Counted from the stretch's first letter, positions 20,483-28,926 are shown. The stretch: 64,000 nucleotides of DNA from a candidate division WWE3 bacterium RIFCSPHIGHO2_01_FULL_40_23 (GCA_001772615.1 MEUZ01000007.1:25146-89145), one strand, 5' to 3'. The notes: a model not told the origin generated them from the sequence alone. Program-made: numbers and translations.

Positions 20483-21290
20483 TTTTTTTGAAACCTGAGG
20501 CTAAAATTATACTTTCGTATCCAATCTCCTTATGCTCAGGTACTTTCTGTACCATTATATTCACAGTCGACATGTCAAAGTCAAGGTTAACAAACAAGTT
20601 ATTAAAATCACCCTCTCTAAGGTTCGCACAGGGAAAAAATCTTTTACCTACCTTATAATACCTACAATCCCTCAAGGCGGCGGTAACAAAAAAACCTCCT
20701 GGTTTTAATAAGGACAATATATTAACCATGTAGTCATGCCAAACCTCTCTGGAATTGGTTGCGCTATCGGCACAATAACATGAGAGCATAAAACTATAGT
20801 GACTCAAACCATTCCCTAATAACGGAGCTTTATTACTTGCATCGCATAATATGTATTTTGTGATCTTTTGCCTAGTCAGCTCCTCTCTTCTTTCTATATC
20901 AGAATCAGTTGGTTCTAGGTTACCTTCATACTTCAAGATAAGTTCTGTGAAAGGCTTCCAGTTATGCATCCCGACCTCTTTCTGCTGCCATTTCTTTATC
21001 TCCGAGAGATTGGTTTTCAGATAATCCGCAACATGTATTTCCGCCACGTAAGGGCTCAGAGGAAGAATATGATGAAGAGTCGGTCCCGCACCAAATTCCA
21101 ATGCTATAGGGTTCTCCCTAATCTTCTTAAATTCATCCACAAGGAATCTTAAAGTATATCTTTCATCTTGCTCAACATAACCATAATAGTCCCTCAGGTA
21201 ATCAGAGGGTGTCCACTTATCAAACCCTGACAGAGTCAACTTATTCGTCCTCAAAATGGGTGATATTTTACTTCTTAAAGGTTTAGACAT
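20475..21290 (-). CDS. NNMT/PNMT/TEMT-family SAM-dependent N-methyltransferase
   Basis: Matches human NNMT blocks: PSDYLRDYYGY (vs PRDYLEKYYKF), EFGAGPTLHHIL..HVADY...EIKKWQQKE (vs DIGSGPTIYQLL..VVTDY...ELEKWLKKE), LLKPGGFFVTAALRDCRYYKVGKRFF (vs [26 protein letters not shown]). Start at internal Met MSKPL (21290), 2 nt from upstream stop. Confidence 0.75.
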   Translation of the reverse strand: MSKPLRSKISPILRTNKLTLSGFDKWTPSDYLRDYYGYVEQDERYTLRFLVDEFKKIRENPIALEFGAGPTLHHILPLSPYVAEIHVADYLKTNLSEIKKWQQKEVGMHNWKPFTELILKYEGNLEPTDSDIERREELTRQKITKYILCDASNKAPLLGNGLSHYSFMLSCYCADSATNSREVWHDYMVNILSLLKPGGFFVTAALRDCRYYKVGKRFFPCANLREGDFNNLFVNLDFDMSTVNIMVQKVPEHKEIGYESIILASGFKKSD

Positions 21291-22389
21291 ACACAACCCC
21301 CGGTACAGCAAACCCGTTAAAGGGAGCGGCATAAGCTGTCGTATAAGCCGCACAGTTCATAATAAACACTTTATCTCCAATCTCAACACATCCAAGATCA
21401 GTGCTCTCCGAAACTACGTCAACGCTGTCACAAGACGGCCCTGCGATAGTCACAGCGTTCACATCCTTGTTTCCAAGTACCTTAAATTCATATTTATATC
21501 CTTGGACCGTTTCCATCAGAGCGTTAAAAACTCCGGCATCAATATAAACCCATCTCTCTGAACCTCTTTTAGCAATGCCTACAACTGTGCTTACCATAAT
21601 ACCAGAGTCACCTATCAAACCTCTCCCAGGTTCGATTGACACTCTCAGAATCTTGGATCTGTCAAAATATTTATCCAAAGATCGAGTGATAACCTTCCCA
21701 ATCTCCCTCATTGACGGAACATTTAAAGTTTGCCTAATTGGCAAACCGCCACCTAGACTTAGGAAACCTAACTGTGTGCGTTTTCCAAAATTCTGAAACC
21801 AAAACTCAGAGCTTAATTTTATAGCGCTCTCCCAGCTACTCTTATCGCGACACTGTGATCCCACGTGAAACGTTAACCCATAGACAATAAGTTTCCTTTC
21901 GTTACAATAAGAAATTAACTCTTTTGCCTCCCGAACAGTTACTCCGAATTTCTTTGTTAATGGCCAGTCACTACCTTTATTCTCTACTTCCAATCTCAGC
22001 ACAAGCTTGGCACCTGGGAAATATCTTAATACCTTATCAACTTCATCAAATGAATCGAAAGCAAGGATGTTTATATCTTCATTTCTAAGTACCCTTATGA
22101 AAGAGGGAGTTTTAATAGTGTGCATGCATATAATTTTTTTTGAGGATACACCCATTTTCTTAAGCACTTTCAATTCACCCTCAGATGCAATCTCAAAGCC
22201 TGATCCTTCTCGATCAAGAATTCTAACTATCTCCGAATCGTGATTAGCTTTCAAGGCGTAGTATACCTCCATCCCGGGCAAAGCCGTGCTAAGAGTTTTA
22301 AACTTCTTACTTATGCTTCTAATATCAATTGCTAAAAAAGGGGTTTCCTCCGTTTTAGACAAACTTCTCAGTGTTTTGGTTATGCGCAT
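21283..22389 (-). CDS. Orn/Lys/Arg/DAP decarboxylase, fold-type III PLP (eukaryotic ODC-like)
   Basis: VYYALKANHD (PLP-Lys), GFEIASEGE, GGGLP, IEPGRGLIG, AGPSCDSVD (catalytic Cys), AAYTTAYAAPFNGF. Confidence 0.8.
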   Translation of the reverse strand: MRITKTLRSLSKTEETPFLAIDIRSISKKFKTLSTALPGMEVYYALKANHDSEIVRILDREGSGFEIASEGELKVLKKMGVSSKKIICMHTIKTPSFIRVLRNEDINILAFDSFDEVDKVLRYFPGAKLVLRLEVENKGSDWPLTKKFGVTVREAKELISYCNERKLIVYGLTFHVGSQCRDKSSWESAIKLSSEFWFQNFGKRTQLGFLSLGGGLPIRQTLNVPSMREIGKVITRSLDKYFDRSKILRVSIEPGRGLIGDSGIMVSTVVGIAKRGSERWVYIDAGVFNALMETVQGYKYEFKVLGNKDVNAVTIAGPSCDSVDVVSESTDLGCVEIGDKVFIMNCAAYTTAYAAPFNGFAVPGVVYV

Positions 22390-22402
22390 GGATCTCCTAA
22401 AT

Positions 22403-23368
22403 TTATAGGAATGATATCACAGAAATAATTAGACAAAAACCTGGAAAAATATATGAGAAGAAATTATCACTCTCTATAACATTAAGACAGAACTCCCTTA
22501 ATGTTTGGATTCTGTAAACATAATTAACTCCATTGAATCTCTCTTCCGTGCTGGCCAAGGGAAACCAATAATCAACGGTTTCACAAATTCCGAGAAAAAG
22601 TAGAAATGCGTAGCTAACATAAAAAAGATCCACATAACAACCATTAAAGTAAGTATTATTCATACTAGTATTAAAAAACAACAGATCTCCAATAAACAAA
22701 AATAAAAACGCTGAAGTTAAAAGAAACTTTGCTTTTTTATTTAAGTGGTCTACCAAATAGTTAGATGCAAATATAAATAAAGTTAGTATCAAAATTAAAA
22801 TCAGAATGTCCATTGTAACGTAATAATAGTTTAAAGTTAACCTCAAAGTTTCCAGCTCAAGAGGAGATTTTGAAAATTTAATAGCAGTCGTAAGTACAAC
22901 CGGGGAAACTGACACAAAAACACTTAATATTCTTAAGGTTCCAATTACGCAAAATTTTAACTTCTCGCTCTTAAAAAACTTGTTGGAAAGTAACTTTCCT
23001 AAGCCTATAAAAGTTGCGGTATAGCTAAAAGAATAAAATACATCAGCGTATGATGGGAAAGGCACCTCTATACTTAAGAAGATGTTATAGACAGACCACA
23101 CGACGTTACCTAAACCCAGTAGAAGCAATCCAACACCGAGCAGTACTAATGCAGTTTTTCGTACCTTATTATAGGTATAAACCTTTGAAGTCCTACTTAT
23201 ATGGTAGACAACCAAAAAAACAGCTAAGACCAAAAACAGGGCCCAAAAAAAACCGAACAGGCTGTTATTCAACCCTCCCCTACTCCCTGAAAGATAGAGG
23301 GAGAGCCACCAGACCAAAATGGCTAAGTACAAACCGGTAATAAAATTTATACTGTTTTTAATTGTCAT
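22403..23368 (-). CDS. stand-alone multi-TM membrane module, third paralog of the HK N-terminal domain
   Basis: Shares SIEVPFPSYADV and TYFNGCYVDLFY blocks with the other two copies. Confidence 0.65.
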   Translation of the reverse strand: MTIKNSINFITGLYLAILVWWLSLYLSGSRGGLNNSLFGFFWALFLVLAVFLVVYHISRTSKVYTYNKVRKTALVLLGVGLLLLGLGNVVWSVYNIFLSIEVPFPSYADVFYSFSYTATFIGLGKLLSNKFFKSEKLKFCVIGTLRILSVFVSVSPVVLTTAIKFSKSPLELETLRLTLNYYYVTMDILILILILTLFIFASNYLVDHLNKKAKFLLTSAFLFLFIGDLLFFNTSMNNTYFNGCYVDLFYVSYAFLLFLGICETVDYWFPLASTEERFNGVNYVYRIQTLREFCLNVIESDNFFSYIFPGFCLIISVISFL

Positions 23369-23726
23369 GGTCGGGCTAGGATTATAATTATCTTATACAT
23401 AATAATCATAGTTAATGCAACTCTCTTCGTACTCTCTAAAACAGCTTAAACACCCTACTAAACTCCAGAGTTCAAACGTCCTTACTTCTGCCACCCGCCG
23501 CCCGCCTGTTGGCGGATGGCGGAGTCACACAGGGACGGAATAATCGAGTAATTGAGACTCAAATCACATTCAAATACTTGCAATAACCTCACAACCATTG
23601 GCCTATAAATAAATACTATTAGAAGTAAAAACTCTTTACATTATAATAATCGGTATGATAATAATTAATACAACTAGAACAAAGGTTGCAACCACTCTAG
23701 TAAACCGTGCAAAAAGGAGAGATAAA

Positions 23727-23918
23727 ATGTGCGGACCTGATTTTTCCACCTATCCTTTCGCTGAAGATCCTCCCGATCAAACACCGGAGGAAATCGCGAA
23801 ACTGTTTGAGGAGTCCTCCGCCGAAGAACCCACAGAAGACGGTATCGATTGGACCAGCGAGGAAGAGAACGAAGGCTGTAGTCCATATCCCGACTTCCGA
23901 TGGGTTTATTATGACTAG
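23727..23918 (+). CDS. small highly acidic protein (64 aa) with aromatic-rich C-terminus (FRWVYYD)
   Basis: Strong RBS AAGGAGAG 8 nt upstream of ATG; GC-rich coding relative to genome. Confidence 0.5.
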   Translation: MCGPDFSTYPFAEDPPDQTPEEIAKLFEESSAEEPTEDGIDWTSEEENEGCSPYPDFRWVYYD

Positions 23919-23972
23919 TGGAAGGCCCCGCAAAAAAATCACGCCCTAAGGCACAGGAGGTGAGACAACAAA

Positions 23973-24155
23973 ATGTATATCGATCCGGAGGACGAAGAGG
24001 ATCATTCTGATGATGATCGGGATGACTGGAAGGACCGCTTCAACGAGGGATTAAGGTTTGCATCCCTGGCTGATGTAGAAGAGGTCGGGGGAGGCGGAAC
24101 GGACGATGAATGGGAAACCTATTACATCGCCGATCAGTACGCGAGGCAGGGCTAA
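23973..24155 (+). CDS. small highly acidic protein (60 aa) with aromatic-rich C-terminus (WETYYIADQY)
   Basis: RBS AGGAGGTGA upstream; GC-rich. Confidence 0.5.
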   Translation: MYIDPEDEEDHSDDDRDDWKDRFNEGLRFASLADVEEVGGGGTDDEWETYYIADQYARQG

Positions 24156-24222
24156 AGCCCGCAACTTGCCAGGTTGGAACCCTTCTCTAAAGATTGATGG
24201 GAGAAGGGTTCCAGCAAATATT

Positions 24223-25221
24223 ATGATGCCGTCTGCAGCTGAAGTCAAAGAAATATTACTCTTTGACACAATTAATGAGGACCAAAATATTGCTCACTTA
24301 ATGGAGCATTGCCTTGCCGCCCACATTCATATTAATAATCCTAAAGCTCACTCAAGCGGTGGCTTCCATGCGGGTACGAATCCGAAAGGAATGTACTTGA
24401 TCTTTGAAAAAGAGGATTTTGTCAAATTTGACACGTTTCCAGACCTTGCACCCTTTATAGACCATCAGAAAAAAAGGTTGTATTTGGAGAGCATAGAAAG
24501 CATCCTCGTAGGCTCAAAAATAGTTGAGATATACGTAAGGCAGAACTGCTTAACATATAAAGAGGTTCTTGACAGATTTGACAAGTTCCTCAAATTGGAT
24601 ACTGCTGCAATAATAAAATCTTTTAAAAAAATTTACGCTACTAAAATAAAAATAAGCTCTATCAGTCAAACTTTGAATTTTAAGCCTATAACAACGTCGC
24701 AAAAGCAAGTTCATAGTATAAAAGTTCCGAAGTTTCAGCCTCTGCTTGACATATTTGAAATCTCTATTATGCTTCCCATGACTTTGGAATCACTTGCCTA
24801 CTGCGAAGCAATAAAGCTTTTGGCTTCAATGAACTTTTCCCCGATCCTTGCCCAGAAAACACTATTACACACAAATAGCGGAGGTGCCTCCATGTCTGTG
24901 AACAGCCTCTTTATTACGTACTCGTATAAAACTCTTAAAGGAGACGGGGAAAATACTAAAAATGTCTTCTGGGATCTTATAAAAAACGCACGGCATCTGG
25001 ATATTTACGTCAGCATTTGGAAAGAGCGAGAGTCCGAAAAAGCAAGAAAGACTTGGGAAGAGAATATCTTAAGGAGGGAACATATTTTCTCACTATTAAG
25101 ATTTGGCCACATTCTTACAGAAAAAGAAATAAAAGAAGTGGACAGCCAAAAAATCGTTAAACTTCACCATGAGGTAATTTCAAACCCCAACAGGTTTGTT
25201 ATTGAGCTGACTGACTTCTAA
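24223..25221 (+). CDS. hypothetical protein with inverted zinc motif HxxEH (AHLMEHCLAAH), possibly a divergent M16-like subunit; start uncertain (24106 or 24223)
   Basis: HLMEH resembles the M16 HxxEH; no other M16 blocks confirmed. Confidence 0.4.
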   Translation: MMPSAAEVKEILLFDTINEDQNIAHLMEHCLAAHIHINNPKAHSSGGFHAGTNPKGMYLIFEKEDFVKFDTFPDLAPFIDHQKKRLYLESIESILVGSKIVEIYVRQNCLTYKEVLDRFDKFLKLDTAAIIKSFKKIYATKIKISSISQTLNFKPITTSQKQVHSIKVPKFQPLLDIFEISIMLPMTLESLAYCEAIKLLASMNFSPILAQKTLLHTNSGGASMSVNSLFITYSYKTLKGDGENTKNVFWDLIKNARHLDIYVSIWKERESEKARKTWEENILRREHIFSLLRFGHILTEKEIKEVDSQKIVKLHHEVISNPNRFVIELTDF

Positions 25222-25587
25222 AATCATTAAAATAATGCCTAAAGCCACAAAAAAATCGGCAATATTAAAAACCGAAAAGGAAAAGAAAGGTATAAAATCA
25301 ACCACTTTCCCCCCATAAAAAACCCGGTCAATCAAATTACTCACTCCCCCACCGATAACAAACCAGTAAGAAAAAGACTCACTCACATTCCTAAAAAAAT
25401 AAGCAAACACAAGAATAAGGCATAAAACAAGAAAAAGGTTAAAAAAAGAGCTCCAGTAAGACCCTGTCCCAAGCATAAAACCCATGTTAAAGCTCACAAT
25501 ATCAGGAAAAAGCCTTAAAATTAAAAATTTAGAAAGCCTGTCAATAAAAATAACAAAAAAGCAAAAATAAAAGGGATGAAACTTCAC
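25180..25587 (-). CDS. lspA: lipoprotein signal peptidase (signal peptidase II)
   Basis: VIGGGVSNLIDR, KVVDFI, FNIADFFVALG conserved LspA blocks. Confidence 0.8.
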   Translation of the reverse strand: MKFHPFYFCFFVIFIDRLSKFLILRLFPDIVSFNMGFMLGTGSYWSSFFNLFLVLCLILVFAYFFRNVSESFSYWFVIGGGVSNLIDRVFYGGKVVDFIPFFSFSVFNIADFFVALGIILMILEVSQLNNKPVGV

Positions 25588-25593
25588 AAGAAC

Positions 25594-26607
25594 TTACTCC
25601 TGCCGTGACTTCTCCGCACATTCCAAACACATAGTAGCCTGCGGAAAAGCTTTTAACCTTGCGGGATCAATCGGTTTGTGGCAAACTTCGCAAATTCCGT
25701 ACGTCCCTATGTTAATCTTTGCCAAGGCCTTTCTGATCTGAAGCCTCATTTCGGATATTGACTTTGACAAAATGCTTGTCATCTCATGGGATGTATCCTC
25801 AAAGGCCTCATCAGCCTCCTCATTGTTTAAAACGTCCCTCTCGGGAAGGTTATACGCATCTTCCTTTTTTAAAAGCGTTTCTTCTTTGGCAAGTTCTTTA
25901 TCTTTTCTTAACAAAAGATCCCTTATATTTTTAAGAAAATCCTTGGAAATAGGAGAAGCTAATTTCATTTTCCTGCCCTTTAATCTGTGGACTAATACTA
26001 CTAATCCAAGTGTAAACAATGCAGACAAAAATATCAAACTTTTCTTTTCAATAAAAAAGAGCCCGAGGATGAAGCTAACCAGCATCAGGCCAATCCCAAA
26101 AATCCCGCCGTAAACAAAGCCGTTTTTCCTTAAGTTTAAAAGAAGCACATGTATCAAAACCAAAAGCCCAAAAGCAATCAAAAACTCATACATATTTTTA
26201 ACAAGTACAAAATACAAAATAACAAAAGGAATAGCCGCCGATGCGGAAAGAGCAAAAACATCTGTAACACGCGGCATTGACCACTTTTTCCCTCTTACAA
26301 GAAGGTATCCTGACAAAACCAACCCCGCCCCTACTCCATTCAAGTCAACACCATAAGTCCAAAACCTTACCGTATGCATAAAAATATCAGCAGGAAAGGA
26401 AAATTTTTCCAAAGCGTAAACAAGCCTTCCTGAAAAAATAGCCAAAATTACACAAGATAAAACCAAATCAAAGACCTGCTCTTCTTCAAAACCTTCCTTT
26501 TTGGCCTCCCTCCAAATCACGTACATAAAAACAAAAAAGCCGAATATAAGAAAGAGACTTAGAGTATAAATTTGAATGGATCCTATTTGAAAATTTTGAG
26601 GTATCAT
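25594..26607 (-). CDS. membrane protein (Lgt-like N-terminal region, tentative) fused to C-terminal DksA/TraR C4 zinc finger
   Basis: C-terminus CEVCHKPIDPARLKAFPQATMCLEC fits the DksA/TraR pattern C-x2-C-x3-I-x3-R-x4-P-x4-C-x2-C exactly. ~6 TM N-terminal. Confidence 0.6.
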   Translation of the reverse strand: MIPQNFQIGSIQIYTLSLFLIFGFFVFMYVIWREAKKEGFEEEQVFDLVLSCVILAIFSGRLVYALEKFSFPADIFMHTVRFWTYGVDLNGVGAGLVLSGYLLVRGKKWSMPRVTDVFALSASAAIPFVILYFVLVKNMYEFLIAFGLLVLIHVLLLNLRKNGFVYGGIFGIGLMLVSFILGLFFIEKKSLIFLSALFTLGLVVLVHRLKGRKMKLASPISKDFLKNIRDLLLRKDKELAKEETLLKKEDAYNLPERDVLNNEEADEAFEDTSHEMTSILSKSISEMRLQIRKALAKINIGTYGICEVCHKPIDPARLKAFPQATMCLECAEKSRQE

Positions 26608-26610
26608 AAA

Positions 26611-27873
26611 TTATAAAGAGAGAAGGCTGTTAACTTCCTCTTCCTTTACCCTTCCGACAACGGCAAGATTAAGACCATCACTCACAAAAACCTCGGAAAC
26701 AACTTCGGAAATATCAGAAAGATTAACCTTTTCTATTTCCTTAACATAATCCTCATAAGACAGTACTTTTTTGGAAAGAAGTTCCTGTTCAGTCAGAAAT
26801 GAATTCATATCATGATGGCTCTCAAACTTTAACGCAAGGAGCCCTTTTAAATGCTCTTTACTGCGCCTAAGCTCTTCCTTTTCCACTCCCTCCGACTTTA
26901 TCTTGTTTACTTCTTTTATAGTTGCATCAATAGCTTGGAGAAATTTCTCATTATTAACACCAGCCGCTATGAAAAAGGCTCCGGTATCCATCAAAGATCT
27001 TGATGACGCTTTAATGTAATATGCAAGCCCAAGCTCCGTTCTTATCTTTTGGAACAAGCGCGAGGAAATACCGCCTCCAAGAATCATAGATACAAGCTTA
27101 AGAGTTATTCTTTTCTTGTCATCCTTTGGATAGCCTCTGAAGCCAAAACACAAATGGGACTGCTCCGTTTCTCTTGATTCAACTATTAACTTCGGTTCTT
27201 TCTGAACTCCGGAAAGAGGCTCGTAACTTCTTAACTTCCCATCGGAAACTTTCAAGAAAGCTTCCTTTAAAAGACCTAAAGCCTGTTCTTCATCAAACTT
27301 TCCCGAAAGCCCTATCACCATATTTGATGATTTATAAAAATCGTCTTGGTAAGAGGTAAAATCGTCGCGTGAAAATGAGGAAACTGTCTCTTTAGTACCA
27401 CATATAAACCTTCCAAGCGGGTGGTTTGGCCACATTACCTTCTCCAAAAGAATCCCGACTTTATATTCCGGCATGTCATTGTTCATATTTATCTCTTCAA
27501 TAATTACCCCTTTTTCCTTTTCTATTTCTTGCGGCAGATAAAGCGGGTGAAAAAGCATCTGATCTAAAACATAAACAATATCTTTAAGATGTGATGACTC
27601 CGCCCTGATGTAATACTCAATATGTTCATTTCCTGTCCCTGCGTTCCAGTCCCCGCCGAAGCCTTCCACAAACTTAGACAGCTCAAACTGCGATTTAAAG
27701 GCTTCACTTCCCTTAAAAGCCATGTGCTCAAGGAAATGCGCTATGCCGTTATTTTTCTCGTTTTCATATCTGGAACCAGCTTTCACATAAATAGAAAGAT
27801 TTACTGATTTTGAATCTTTTGAGGGTACTAGAAGAATCCTGATATTATTTTTCAAGGTAATTTTTTTATACAT
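26611..27873 (-). CDS. M16 (pitrilysin/insulinase) family zinc peptidase
   Basis: GIAHFLEHMAFKGSE HxxEH motif; 420 aa typical M16B. Confidence 0.85.
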   Translation of the reverse strand: MYKKITLKNNIRILLVPSKDSKSVNLSIYVKAGSRYENEKNNGIAHFLEHMAFKGSEAFKSQFELSKFVEGFGGDWNAGTGNEHIEYYIRAESSHLKDIVYVLDQMLFHPLYLPQEIEKEKGVIIEEINMNNDMPEYKVGILLEKVMWPNHPLGRFICGTKETVSSFSRDDFTSYQDDFYKSSNMVIGLSGKFDEEQALGLLKEAFLKVSDGKLRSYEPLSGVQKEPKLIVESRETEQSHLCFGFRGYPKDDKKRITLKLVSMILGGGISSRLFQKIRTELGLAYYIKASSRSLMDTGAFFIAAGVNNEKFLQAIDATIKEVNKIKSEGVEKEELRRSKEHLKGLLALKFESHHDMNSFLTEQELLSKKVLSYEDYVKEIEKVNLSDISEVVSEVFVSDGLNLAVVGRVKEEEVNSLLSL

Positions 27874-27893
27874 ATTTTTAGGTTGACATAGGG

Positions 27894-28451
27894 TTATGCG
27901 CGCTCAATATACTCCCCTGTCCTTGTGTCAACCTTAATCTTATCACCTATGTTTATAAAGGCAGGAACTTTAACTTCGGCTCCTGTCTCTATTATGGCGG
28001 ACTTGTATACATTTGTAACCGTATTTCCTTTAAAACCGGGCTCTGTATAAGTTACTTCAAACGTGGCGCTTGGCGGCAATTCAACGGCAATAGGATGGTC
28101 TTCGTAAAAGACTATCTGCGCTGTTTCACCTTCCTTTAAAAATCCGCTTACCTGGGAAAGAATCTTTCCCGAAACAATCTCCTGCTCATAAGTTTTCGGA
28201 TCCATAAAAACAAAGTTGTCCCCTTCTTTATATAAATACTGGGCGTTTCTTCTATAAACATCCCCTTCCTCAACGGTGAGGTTACTGTGCCAGCTTCTTT
28301 CTATAATTGAATTTGTTAGAAGATTTTTTGCTTTAACTTTTATGTAAGCTCCCTGCCTTGCAAGTTTTATCAGCTCATATTTAAGGACAAGATAAGGATC
28401 ACCGTTTTCCTTAAAGACGGATCCTGTTCTTAACTCTGTGACATTTAGCAT
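27894..28451 (-). CDS. efp: elongation factor P
   Basis: MLNVTELRTGSVFKENGDPYLVLKYE; 185 aa. Confidence 0.9.
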   Translation of the reverse strand: MLNVTELRTGSVFKENGDPYLVLKYELIKLARQGAYIKVKAKNLLTNSIIERSWHSNLTVEEGDVYRRNAQYLYKEGDNFVFMDPKTYEQEIVSGKILSQVSGFLKEGETAQIVFYEDHPIAVELPPSATFEVTYTEPGFKGNTVTNVYKSAIIETGAEVKVPAFINIGDKIKVDTRTGEYIERA

Positions 28452-28523
28452 AAATGAGATTATACAGATGGAAGGCCGAAAGAAAAGAGGTTGTGCCGCT
28501 TAAGGTTTCGGCCTTCCGTGGGG

Positions 28524-28655
28524 TTACTTCTTTCTCTCCTCCTCCTTGACTCTGGCTTTAACCAAAGCCTTTCTCCCAAGATCATAAAATCCCACCAGTA
28601 GAGCAATGGGAATCACAGCCAGTGCAACAAGAAGTAATAGAACGCTTATGGTCAT
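28524..28655 (-). CDS. small single-TM membrane protein (43 aa): MTISVLLLLVALAVIPIALLVGFYDLGRKALVKARVKEEERKK
   Basis: GGAGAG RBS 5 nt upstream of ATG; hydrophobic core then basic tail; not in ORF track (<60 aa). Confidence 0.45.
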   Translation of the reverse strand: MTISVLLLLVALAVIPIALLVGFYDLGRKALVKARVKEEERKK

Positions 28656-28840
28656 GAAACTCTCCTCTCGGAAGAATTGATATGAGAATTATACTACAAC
28701 TGCAACCAAAAACAAAGAGACTATAGGTTAAATAATATTTGACTCTCCAACTGCCCTTCTTCGCTAAAGCTACGAAGGGCACACCTCCCCTGCTCTCGTC
28801 TTCGTCGGGACTTGCCCTCCGAAGCCTCGGCGAAGGAGGG

Positions 28841-28926
28841 TGGTGCCGTGGGTGAGAGTCGAACTCACACGGGGTTGCCCCCAATGGTTTTTGAGACCAT
28901 CGCGTATGCCATTCCGCCACCACGGC
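28841..28926 (-). tRNA. tRNA-Leu (anticodon CAA), class II with long variable arm, genomically encoded CCA
   Basis: Minus-strand GCCGTGGTGGCGGAATGGCATACGCGATGGTCTCAAAAACCATTGGGGGCAACCCCGTGTGAGTTCGACTCTCACCCACGGCACCA: 7-bp acceptor, anticodon loop CTCAAAA, T-arm GAGTTCGACTCTC. Confidence 0.85.

Noticed and set aside
23674-23942. Two minus-strand ORFs antisense to the acidic mini-protein genes
   Set aside because: GC-rich DNA leaves all frames open. The plus-strand ORFs have strong RBSs and the minus ones do not.
28582-28923. 113-aa minus-strand ORF from the ORF track
   Set aside because: It overlaps the tRNA-Leu gene and GC-rich hairpins. Its translation is Pro/Arg/Ser-rich with no RBS.
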